64,000 nucleotides of DNA from Octopus sinensis (lineage: Eukaryota). Under the pieces are notes generated by a model. That model did no database searches, was not told the origin of the DNA, and saw only the letters and a list, made by a program, of their open reading frames with translations. The stretch is from contig NC_043019.1 of NCBI RefSeq assembly GCF_006345805.1, positions 2,294,001-2,358,000 on the forward strand, read 5' to 3'. Position numbers and translations under genes: made by a program. Positions 53,165-64,000 of this stretch are shown here, one piece after another; within the stretch, counting starts at the first letter, position 1, and each line of letters starts with the position of its first letter.

Positions 53165-53900
53165 ATGTACACACGGGCTTCCTCCGAATGTTGAGGGAAA
53201 ATGAGCTTAAGTTTTTATATAAACTGACATCGGTCGTTCAAATTGCACATTCTGGTAAAGTACTCTTCTTTTGAACAAAAGTACTACCTAACATAGTTTC
53301 CATTATAGGCGTTATGTTTGCGCCATCATTTAACCCAGCTGTCGAATTTTCTTTAAAATTATTCTAGTGTGCACTTTTGTGCCAGCTTCTTGACAGCCAC
53401 TTTCACTCTCTCCTGCGTCATCAAAATATTGTCCCTGAAGATTTCTTTCATTTGACTGCACAGTTTAAAATCGAAAGGCGTCACATCCAAGTCATACACT
53501 GATTGGGAGACCACTGATCTCCAATTTGCCAATTGCCTAATTTATTACGGAAGATATGTCTGGCTATGCATTTTCATAGTGAAAGCGGAGTGTTTTCAGC
53601 ATCTTTTGCTCTTATTGGCTCCTTCAAGCATTTTGAGTGACTCGGTGTACCGCTCGCTGTTAACGGTACAGTCATATTCCAGAAAATCAAGGAGAGTCAC
53701 GCTCTTCTCTTCCCAAAAGACAGTTCCATTACTCTCTGTTCCCGACTTTCACATATGAACTTCATACGTCTTGGAGAAGGAATTGATCCCTTTACAAAGA
53801 CTGAGCTTTCGTTTCTTGATCATAAAAATCTGGCCACACTTCATCCCTTGTCACAGATCGGAAAAACTTGTCTTCGTTGACTTCAAATCCTTGTCATTTA
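53165..53900 (-). pseudogene. Mariner transposase remnant (second family), heavily degraded
   Basis: FFRSVTRDEVWPDFYDQETKAQS..LRFHYENA*P (cf. LHHDNARPH) and a ..F..MKE..G..FDDA-like C-terminal region. Confidence 0.7.
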
Positions 53901-53922
53901 AATCGGATATCAAGTACTAAGA

Positions 53923-54320
53923 GGCGCAGGAGTGGCTGTGTGGTAAGTAGCTTGCTTACCAACCACATGGTTCCGGGTTCAATCCCACTGCGTGGCACTT
54001 TGGGCAGGTGTCTTCTACTATAGCCTCGGGCCGACCAAAGCCTTGTGAGTGGATTTGGTAGACGCAAACTGAAAGAAGCTCGTCTTATATATGTATATGT
54101 ATATATATATATGTGTGTGTGTGTGTTTGTGTGTCTGTTTGTTCCCCCAACATCGCTTGACAACCGATGCTGGTGTGTTTACGTCCTCGTAACTTAGCGG
54201 TTCAGCAAAGAGACCGATATAATAAGTACTAGGCTTACAAAGTATAAGTCGACTAAAGGCGGTGCTCCAGCATGGCCGCAGTCAAATGACTGAAACAAGT
54301 AAAAGAGTAAAAGAGAGAGA
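53923..54320 (+). mobile_element. SINE family A, full length
   Basis: Complete head, core and tail. Confidence 0.92.
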
Positions 54321-54633
54321 GTACTGAGGTACTCATTTTGCACACACCGATTTCCTTTATCTTCCACTACCTGCTGTAATGCATTCTGACCACAGTTCAT
54401 TTGTACAGCAACTACACTAACAACAATATTTATTATATTGGAAAAATTACTCTACTTATAATTGCAACTGAAACTACCTACGTCAGTAAAGAACAACGGA
54501 AATGGCCATTCTTTAGCATATGCACATGCATGCGCACTCTCACAAGAATGGCCCTCCCAACTATGCCTTCATATTCGTTGGTTACGTCGGGTTTAATATT
54601 ATCCAGCTGTATCAGTTCCACCCCCAGACTGTT

Positions 54634-55026
54634 ACTCTCTCTTTACTCTTTTACTCTTTTATTTGTTTCAGTCATTTGACTGCGGCGATGCTGGAGCACC
54701 GCCTTTACTCGAGCAACTCGACCTCGGGACTTATTCTTTTGTAAGCCCAGTACTTATTCTATCGGTCTCTTTTGCCGAACCGATAAGTAACGGGGACATA
54801 AACACACCAGCATCGGTTGTCAAGCAATGCTAGGGGGACAGACACACAAACACACACACATACATATATACGACAGGCTTCTTTCAGTTTCCGCCTACCA
54901 AATCCACTCACAAGGCATTGGTCGGCCCGCGATTATAGCAGAAGACACTTGCCCAAGATGCCACGCAGTGGGACTGAACCCGGAACCATGTGGCTGGTTA
55001 GCAAGCTACTTACCACACAGCCAATC
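54634..55026 (-). mobile_element. SINE family A, full length
   Basis: Reverse complement of the consensus; lies tail to tail with 53923-54320. Confidence 0.92.
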
Positions 55027-55250
55027 CTGTTGTATCGGAATCTCATATGGTTCTCCTGCAAGATGTTTAACTCTTTTACCTTCTTTGTCAGATCATTTCA
55101 TTCTTCTTTCCAAACCTGTATAAAGATTCTTCACACCACATTTCAAAGGCATCATGCATCAATTTCTTCTCGCAACGCACCTACACCAAACACTCCTACT
55201 CTCAATCCTTCTGTCTCAGCCGTCTTTGTAACAGCAACCTAGAATTGATA

Positions 55251-55643
55251 TCTTTATATATAAAAGTAAGGTTGTGTGTCTGTCTACTCCGATTTAGATT
55301 CCTAACTACTCCCACATTTTGCGGTGCAGTTTAACCAAAACCGGGTATCTTATAGTCGTGATTCATATCGAGCCCTTCTGGGCATTAGCGCGCGTCTACG
55401 ATGAGTCTACGATTTTTAAAATAATTTACCATCATTTTTTTCCATTTTAATGCATATTTTTTAAATATAAGGGAAGTAACTCTCTAAAAATGTCTACGAT
55501 AAGTCAACGATCTAAAAAAAAATTTACCATCATATTTTTCCATTTTTAATGCATTTTTTTGCTATTTTTTGGCTATAACTCTCTAAAAATGCTTTATAGT
55601 TATTTCCCTTACAAACCCGAGCAACGCCGGGCGATACTGCTAG
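55251..55643 (+). mobile_element. Non-autonomous Helitron, copy 2 (~393 bp)
   Basis: A|TCTTTATATATAAAAG ... CCCGAGCAACGCCGGGCGATACTGCTAG|T. Confidence 0.9.
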
Positions 55644-55786
55644 TTTATATATATTATTTTTTTATTAATGCTGCAAAATCATCACAAAAAACTGTGCCTC
55701 AGAGTTTCACTTTCCCGTTGATGAACAATTGCGATCAGAACTAAAATTAAATTGTAGTCACAATTTTCTTCCAGTTTTGATCACAA

Positions 55787-56142
55787 CTGGCTCAGTGGTT
55801 AGAGCGTCGGACTTCCAATCATAAGGTAGGGATTTCAATTTCCAGACCGGGCCGTGCGTTGAGTTCTTGGACGAGACACTGTTTCGAGTTGTTCCTATTC
55901 ATTCATCTGCAGAAATGAGTTGCGATGTCACTGGTGCCAAGCTGTATCGACTTTTGCCTTTCTCTTGGACAACATTGGTGGCGTGGTGAAGGGAGGCTGG
56001 TTTGCACGGACGACTGCTGGTCTTCCATAAACAACCTTGTCCGGACTTGTGCCTTAGAGAGGAACTTCCTAGGTGCAATCCCATGGCCATTCATGACGGA
56101 AGGGAGTCTTTACCCTTTACCCTATATAGACAGACAGACAGA
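55787..56142 (+). mobile_element. tRNA-derived SINE, family D (CORE-like body, (TTTACCC) tail)
   Basis: TGGCTCAGTGGTTAGAGCG A-box, degenerate B-box, body, and TTTACCCTTTACCC tail. Confidence 0.65.
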
Positions 56143-56158
56143 CAGGCAAATATATAGG

Positions 56159-56213
<55 letters not shown>

Positions 56214-56214
56214 G

Positions 56215-56299
<85 letters not shown>

Positions 56300-56354
56300 G
56301 GATAGATGGATGGATGGATGGATGGATGGATGGATGGATGATAGTTAGATAGAT

Positions 56355-56440
<86 letters not shown>
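56135..56440. repeat. (GATA)n/(GGAT)n microsatellite
   Basis: Direct reading of the sequence. Confidence 0.95.
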
Positions 56441-57151
56441 GTTTCCTTCAGTTACCTTCCACCAAATCCACTCACAAGGCTTTGGTGTATCTGAGGTTAT
56501 AGTAGAAGGCACTCACTCAAGTTGTCACTCAGTGGGACTGAACTCGGAATCACGTGGTTCGGAAGCAAGCTTCTTACCATATATATATATATATATTATA
56601 TATATATCCACCTTCGCTTCCTTCATCGTTGATCATCAGCATCAAACCAACACAACACAACCACCACCATTATCAACCCAGCAGCTCCTTTATGACCGAA
56701 AACAATAGTATGAACAAGATAAGCAAGTCCACCTAAAATGAATTAAAATAATCACGTGATATAATATAGTCCCCCCTAGTGCATTTTAAATGTTTTAGCT
56801 AAATGTGGATTGACTTGAAACTAAGCAGCAACAAAAATACAATAAACATAAGGACCAAACAGAAACGATACAATCGACGCCATTGACAGCAATGCCCTGC
56901 CATCATTATCATTATTATTTGTGTGTATGTATGTGTGTATGAGAGAGAGAGAGAGAAAGGAAGACAGACAGACAGGACAGACAGACAGATTGAGAGTATA
57001 GTATGGAGTTTTCCTTGCTCCAGTCAGAAATGCACAGGGCGAAGTGCCATTGCAACTTATAACCCTGCAACTATCAGTAATTATACAATAATTCTCACTT
57101 CATTTCTTTAGCTCGTAGTCTTCTCGTTTCCATTATTATATCCATGAGTGG

Positions 57152-57540
57152 AGGCGCAATGGCCCAGTGGTTAGGGCAGCGGACACGCGGTCATAGGATC
57201 GCGGTTTCGATTCCCAGACTGGGCGTTGTGAGTGTTTATTGAGCGAAAACACCGAATAAAGCTCCACGAGGCTCCGGCAGGAGATGGTAGTGATCCCTGC
57301 TGTACTCTTTCACCACAAATTTCTCTCACTCTTACTTCCTGTTTCTGTTGTACCTGTATTTCAAGGGGCCGGCCTTGTCACTCTTTGTGTCACGCTGAAT
57401 ATCCCTGAGAACTACGTTAAGGGTACACGTGTCTGTGGAGTGCTCAGCCACTTACACGTTAATTTCACGAGCAGGCTGTTCCGTTGATTCGGATCAACCG
57501 GAACCCTCGTCTTCGTAACCGACGGAGGGCTTCCAATCCA
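57152..57540 (+). mobile_element. tRNA-derived SINE, family C-related
   Basis: GGCGCAATGGCCCAGTGGTTAGGG..GGTTTCGATTCCC head; the 5' part is homologous to 27328-27500. Confidence 0.7.
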
Positions 57541-57689
57541 ATCCATGAGAATAAAACAAAACAATTTTGTTCTCGCAAAACAGGGCTTTAGGGTTGTTAT
57601 TCTTTGCACTACTTATTTGTTGTTGATCGCTGCTTTTGTTGGATTTTACCTAGGAGTCAAGGTGTCTCAAAAGAAGCCACGAAAAGTAG

Positions 57690-58914
57690 GGCGAAAAAGA
57701 TCAGTGAAAGTACAACAGTGGATATTAAAGTTGATATTTTAAAATGGCTTTATGCGAGAGGATAAAAATCACATTGTTAAAACATTAAAGCTTGCAATAT
57801 CTACAGTGAGAATAATACGTGACCATAAAGAGAAATTCTATTCAAGTGCTTAAGAGGCTACGTTGCTAACTGCTCAGGTTTTGGGGGGGATTTTTTTCAC
57901 ATAAATGTAACATGATGCTGCAAATAAAATAATAAATACACCCTTTTAAAGCCTAGCCAGGTTCATGGGCCTAGTTTCCCGGTTTCAGTGGCGTATGTGT
58001 TGCCCAGCTGGACGGCACGCCAGTCCATCGCAGCGTTACTCATTTTTGCCAGCTGAGGGAACTGGAGCAACGTGAAATGAAGTGTTTTGCTCAAGAACCC
58101 AACGTGTCGCCCGGTCCAGGAATCGAAACCGCAATCTTACGATCCTGATGCTGACGCCCTAACCACTAAGCCACGCGTCTTTACGATGCTTCAAATGAGA
58201 CTGTTCATAAGAGTATGGATCGAGGATCAGCCTCGGCGCTTTATACTGTTAAGCACGAGAGTAATTAAAATTTTGTACAACGATTTTCAGCAAAAGAGAG
58301 GTGAAGCTTCAAATATAAGATAATTTCTGGTTAGAAGTGGCTGGTCTGAAAGGTCCTTCAATGTACACAACATAGAATTGACTGATAAAGCTGCCAGTGC
58401 TGATACAAAGGCTGCTACTATTTATCCTGAGCAGCTGAAAAAGTGATTACTGTTGTATGCGACACAGAAGACAACGTCATACAAAGTTGATGAAACTGCA
58501 CTTTTCTAGAAATTCATGCTTACTAGAATTTATTTTTATCGAGAAGGAAACCCAACATCAGATTTTAAAGCTGCCAAAATTCTGGCACCTCTTTTGAGAT
58601 GATATGCCGTTGTTTATATGGAAGTAAAGCCTTAATGCCCCTACTCGTGTATCACTCTGAAAATTGAAGAGCTTTTTAGTGTGACGCAATGTTTAATTTT
58701 TCCTCTGATTTAGCATTTAAATTAGAAGGCATAGTGTCTGCGAAATTTTTCAAAGAGAGGTTTGAAAATTTTTTCATCCTAATATTACTTGTTTCTGTCA
58801 TTCGACTGCGGCCATGCTGGTACACCACATGTATTCTCATTGTAGAGTTATAAGGTTCAAGGGTACTTCGCCCCTTGCACTTCCGGCTCAAGCCACGAAA
58901 ACTCTCCACTCTAC

Positions 58915-58948
<34 letters not shown>

Positions 58949-59034
58949 CACACACACACACACACACACATAATGATGAGAGTGATTGTGAGAGTGCGGT
59001 TGGCGGTGGCAGTGATCGTTTTGTTCTTCCTAAT

Positions 59035-59079
<45 letters not shown>

Positions 59080-60170
59080 CCAATAAAGCATTGGCCCTTG
59101 TAAACCATGCACCAAACCATCTCGTGGACTTAGATGAGTTTTCTGATATTTGAGAGCAGAATATATCCACCAAACTACAATTCTTTTGCTTCAGCCTATG
59201 GAACGAACTGCGATAGCTAACTTCAAGGCACATTATCTGAGAACATTCAAATAGCTTATGAAAGTAATTGATAGGGAAAAATAAACCTACAGTTAGAGGC
59301 TTCTGGAAGAAGTTCAACATAGCTGGAAAATACAGCAGAGAGACGTGTTGAAGTGAAATCTTCAAATTTGAATATAGTCTGGAAAATTATAGGACCAGCC
59401 CTTTAAGTTTTCCGCAAGCAGAAGTCCACATCAAATTCGAAAAGATTTTGTAACACATGTAAATAAGGTAGGATTTCAAGAAGTCATAGAGAATGATGTG
59501 AATGAATTCCTAGTGTCCCATAGAGAATGTTTATTTAACAGGGAGAGAAATGCCGAAAATACAGACGCAAATACGGAAATTTTGCCAGCTCCACTTTAAT
59601 TTAATGCCAAGAATATTACTAAAAGGCTGGCGGATATAGAGGAAGGTCTGCGAGTTTTTGCTGCAAACAACCTAATCTTGAACGTAACATAATGATTACA
59701 AGACGAGTCTATAATGAGTTCAGTTCCTACATTCCAAAACTTAGCGCTAAAGTGATAATGCACATCAAACAATTTTGAATAAGAACTTCGCTCCCAACAA
59801 GTAAATATTAATGATGATGGACTATAAGATAAAAGGCAGCATTTTCCAAACTCCCAGTAATTCTCATTCCACCAGCCCTCAGACAGCAATCAAAATCTTT
59901 TTTGCTAAATAAGTATTCTTCTACGATATAACGATTCTTGTTTATTTCCTAACGTATTTCACTTAAAATATTTTAACGTATCCATATTGTACTATGTATG
60001 TTTGGAAATTGTTATTTTCATGCATAAAAGTGGTCATGTTTTTGGTGGGGGTCATGGGGGGATTTCTCGAAGATAGCCATCTGAATGTAGTACTTTACAG
60101 CAAGAAAAAAGCAATGTGAAAGTTAATTTCGCGTTACGGGATTTTGCGTTACTCATAATTTTTCAAGAAC
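57690..60170 (+). pseudogene. Tigger/pogo transposase remnant, interrupted by SINEs and microsatellites
   Basis: TVDIKVDILK..LAISTVRII (HTH), VWIEDQ, AASAD.KAA..YPEQLK, VDETAL, FKAAK, and IANFKAHYLRT..FWKKFNI. Confidence 0.75.
57955..58190 (-). mobile_element. CORE/V-like SINE; a related degenerate copy lies at 43298-43520 (+)
   Basis: Minus-strand GTGGCTTAGTGGTTAGGG head, TTGAGCAAAACACTTCATTTCACGTTGCTCCAG core and GCGATGGACTGGCGTGCCGTCCAG. Confidence 0.75.
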
Positions 60171-60219
60171 TCATTATTCTGGTAAGGCTGGATATTCGTG
60201 CACGCATACACACACACAA

Positions 60220-60263
<44 letters not shown>

Positions 60264-60497
60264 TTGTTTGCTTAGGTGCGTATGTTACTTAAGTATACAA
60301 GTCTGAGTCCCTTTGTGCAAACTTACGTGTCATGGACACTTTGTATATATATATGTGTGTGTGTGTGTGTGTGCGTGTGTGTGTGTATGTATGTGTGTGT
60401 GTGTGTGTGTGTGTATCTGCTCGTTTTTTTTCTTTCGGTATGTGCCATTCTCATTGTCATTGTGCATGTCTGTGTATGTGCATATGTGTGTGTGTGC

Positions 60498-60533
<36 letters not shown>

Positions 60534-61766
60534 GTGTGTGTATGTGTGTGTGTGTGTGTGCGTGTGTGTGTATGTGTGTGTGTGTGTGTGCCCGCGTGCG
60601 CGCATGCCTTTCCCAAATATCGTTTGCAGGGGAATGTATATATATTTTTTTGAGTAAACACATTCCCTTCCTCCTGCTTAGCAAAAAAAAAAGCAAAAAA
60701 AAAAAACAAGGACCGAATAATTCCACCAAATGTTTGACACTTTTTCTTCCTTCTTAATTATCTGGACAGCAACCTCTCCCCAAACAACAATATCTGACAG
60801 TTATGTTTCTTTTCTTGCAGACGAGATGTAGTCGGTTGTGGCGGAGTAAGGAAACTATTAAACACTTTCATATTATAAGACGTACGCCTTAAAATCTTCT
60901 ATTGAATGCATTCATCGGATTAATATGAAAAAAAAGTCTACTTCTTTTTCTTTTTACTACAATTTATTTATTTTATAATTTGTAAATGAAATGAAAACAC
61001 AAGTCAATATTTTATTATAATGGGACATTTTTTTAATTGCTTACTTAGTAACACATTGTTTATTCAAAGAACTATTCTCATAAAATGTCGTTTTGATTCT
61101 GGGACTGTGCTTATAATCAGAATGGAGATGAATAACCTGAAGCTAAAATACAATTAATAAAATGACAAAATCTACAAAAAAAAAAAACTGTCAGAACGAA
61201 CAGAATGGTATTTACTTCAGACTTAATAAAAAAGATCTGGTTTGTCAGTTAATTAGGTTTTTTTTTTTTTGAAGTAAAAAACTCTGTTTCTTCATATTAG
61301 GCACAACAGACGGTTGACCAAGAATTTAGTCTCCAGGAAATCTCAATCTGTTTGAAAGGAATGAAACGGAGAAATTATAAGAATAATATTAGAACAGTTT
61401 CTAAAATTCTAAAATATATGAATTTGTAGTGTTTCTGTTTGTGATGTTGATGTTAATATTTACTTACAAGTTGGCACTTTAAGAATAGAAGAATCTAAGG
61501 GTAAGGGTTATCCCAACCACGATCATTATACTTTTTCTCCAGGAATGATGTAGCTTATACGTCATTGCCCAAACTGTCGTTTTACACCCTGTAGTTGTTT
61601 AGTCCATGGTCGCTAATGACCAACTAGTTCATAATATAAGATATCCGAGCTGTGACTATTTCATCTTTCTGAAAATAGTCTCGGATTATAAAATCTTATC
61701 TGGCTGTTCTTTATTTAAAGACGATTTGTCAGAAATTTTACTGCTATTTAATCAAATCGACGATCA

Positions 61767-62385
61767 GCTGAGGTCGATCATCGCATCAATGCTGCTCGAT
61801 CTGCCTTTGGACGCCTAAAGCGGTGTCTGTGGGACTGAAGGGAGATCTCATCGGTGACCAAAGGGCGAATATATCAGTACTTCTCTACGGCTGTGAAACG
61901 TGGCCTATGCGGGTGGTCGATCAACGAAGGCTGGAAGTCTTCGACAATGACTACCTCCGGTGCATTCTTCACTGCCGTCGGGTGGATCGAGTTCCCACCG
62001 CCAATCTCCGACTTCGCCTGTCTCTACGGCCCCTTCCATCTGTCCTTCTGCAACGGCGCTTGCGGTGGTTTGGCCATGCATGTAGGCGTCCGGTGGGGGA
62101 ACTGAGCCGTGATGTCCTTCTTCCAACTCCACTTCCCAACTGGTGGAAACGCGCGGGCGGGTAGCTGAAGACCTGGGCTGCGACGATCAAGGAGGACCTC
62201 TCCGTGCTCACGGGACCGCAGGTGGTCGGCCTGCGCCGATGGAACCGTGACTGGCTCGCTATCTCCAGTGAACTGGCGCAGGACCGTCGTGCGTGGGCTG
62301 CCATGGTTCGAGATGCTCGAGGGTGGTAGAAGAAGCCGACTCAACCCGCCCAGGGTCAATGTCGCCACAAGTACAAGTAAGTAAG
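61767..62385 (+). mobile_element. 5'-truncated RTE LINE (second family, CAAGTA tail)
   Basis: RINAARSAFGRLK..VLLYGCETW..RRLRWFGH..QLKTWAATIKEDL..DRRAW. Tail ACAAGTACAAGTAAGTAAG. TSD ATC(G/A)ACGATCA at 61756-61766 and 62386-62396. Confidence 0.88.
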
Positions 62386-63318
62386 ATCAACGATCACCTA
62401 GAAGCTCATTCATTGGTTCATTTTTATGAAACGTTCTTGTAGATGTCGGGCAGTCATGATCGAGTAGACCATTAGGGCATTATTGCCGAACCCTTTTCGA
62501 CTGTTAAATATATACAGAACTACATAAACAAATGTTTCTCTTTATTATTATTATTATTATTGAAGACATCAGTATGCGATTTTAGAGGAATTTGACTGCT
62601 ATTTCTTGTCCGTTCATCTCACATAAGCATCACCTATATATGGCCTTGTTAATAAGAATTTTGCATTACGGTTATGTTATCACGGTTCGATTCCAAGATG
62701 AGGCGCCATATGGATGTGTCTTCTCCAGTAACCTCGAATCAACCTAACCGTTCCGAATACAACTAGGAGATGGAAGCTGTGGGAAAGTTCATTGGATGGA
62801 CCATAATTGTAATTGGGTGCTGACAGGTTTTCATCTGTCACCCGGCCAGGCACCGCTCCCTGGCTTATCAATGTTTCCAGCAAAGTACTCTCCTTTGCAA
62901 GTATTTGAAACAGGTCTAAGAATATTTTAATTTTTTGACGTGCTGCTATCTACAATAATCTCGTTTTCTTCCTTCATCCCTCCTCTGATCATGGCGAGAT
63001 TGCAGTGGTCCACAGAACGACACACGCTGATTATAGTTATGACGTCATACAATGTAATGATACCAATAATTAAAAAAATACTTATTACTTGACTATTTTA
63101 TCTAGCTACTAGTAAATACCGATTTTAGGAGCAGATTATCGCAAAAGGCAGTGGGATAATAGTATTAAAAGTATATGGTTAATCTGGATTATTGATCACA
63201 AAGTTGAGCGAAGTGTAATCAGGAGAGACACTCTTGCCTGACCAACATAATTAATTCACATTGATGACTACTTTAGAGGGTAGGTTTCATAAAATTGATT
63301 CTATTTCCGTTGTTTACA

Positions 63319-63600
63319 TACGGGGATCGGCCGAAAAGTTGATAAACTGACCAAGATACTCTCAGGGAATGTGACCAAAGACCAAATGACGTATATTTTC
63401 CAAACATAGCACTCCTTGAGGTCCACACATGTCTTCTATCCGCGTTGTATTCCATTGGCTAAGAAGCTTTCATCTTGTTGGTCACACAAGTCATCAGCAG
63501 TAGATATGACGTCATCATCACTGCAGTACCGATAATATTGGTTTACTTTGAAAAGGCAAACAATGACCCTATTTTTAAGGTGAAACTAAAAGTCGTGATA
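63319..63600 (-). pseudogene. Mariner 3' end and terminal region, same family as 16205-17045
   Basis: DQQDESFLANGIQ..CVDLKECYV. The terminal GAAAAGTT(C/G)ATA..TGACCAAGATACTCTCA is shared with 16209-16240. Confidence 0.7.
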
Positions 63601-64000
63601 TCAATATCTTTTAAAAATACATTAACTATATTGTTATTTCAATTTGCTTCAGCTTGATGTCGAAACAGATCATATTACGAAACATATAATAATGTTATTT
63701 GTTTCAACAAACTAATATATATCGGACGTTCGCCTTTCAGTTTTTTCAGAGTGTGTCTAACTTATGATTTTTCGGGGTTGTTTTTGTTTTGATTTTTTTT
63801 TTTGCTCTTTTGTTTTTTTTTTTTTTCACTTATTTTCTCAGTTCCTGTGAACGAGCTGCAAAGTTCCAAGAAATTCATATTGCGCACACTCGCATACTCG
63901 CGCGCATACACTCAGCACGCACGCTCCTATTTATATAGCTGTCAAACCTACAGATGTGGGTCCTAGTTGTATGAGAAGCCTTTGAATTTTTCTATTCAAA

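Overview
This is AT-rich, microsatellite-dense eukaryotic non-coding DNA, most likely cephalopod (Octopus-like). That assignment is inferred from the SINE families and repeat landscape and has not been verified. I can support no intact host protein-coding gene, rRNA, CRISPR array or prokaryotic operon, and most ORFs in the supplied track are microsatellite translations. The window is a nested transposable-element landscape. It holds a full-length RTE/BovB-like LINE with an 8-bp TSD (19347-23206), a 5'-truncated CR1/Jockey-type LINE (9935-11869), a Penelope-like element (RT + GIY-YIG, about 34990-36040, minus), four R4/Dong-like fragments mostly beside (TAA)n, three Helitrons, mariner, Tigger and hAT remnants, MITEs, about 30 tRNA-derived SINE copies of several families, and two tRNA pseudogenes. 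The most interesting signal is RNA-level. A canonical type I hammerhead ribozyme (12227-12317, minus) sits inside a ~700-bp ORF-less element with direct and inverted repeats, and several further hammerhead-like motifs lie in fold-back pseudo-LTR modules elsewhere. Together they suggest a family of non-autonomous, ribozyme-bearing Penelope-derived (retrozyme-like) elements. Other notable items are a LINE/SINE shared 3' stem-loop with compensatory changes, 184-bp SINE multimers, a fixed-spacing CRE+CCAAT array, and decayed coding islands of unknown identity. Coordinates were read by eye and may be off by a few bases.
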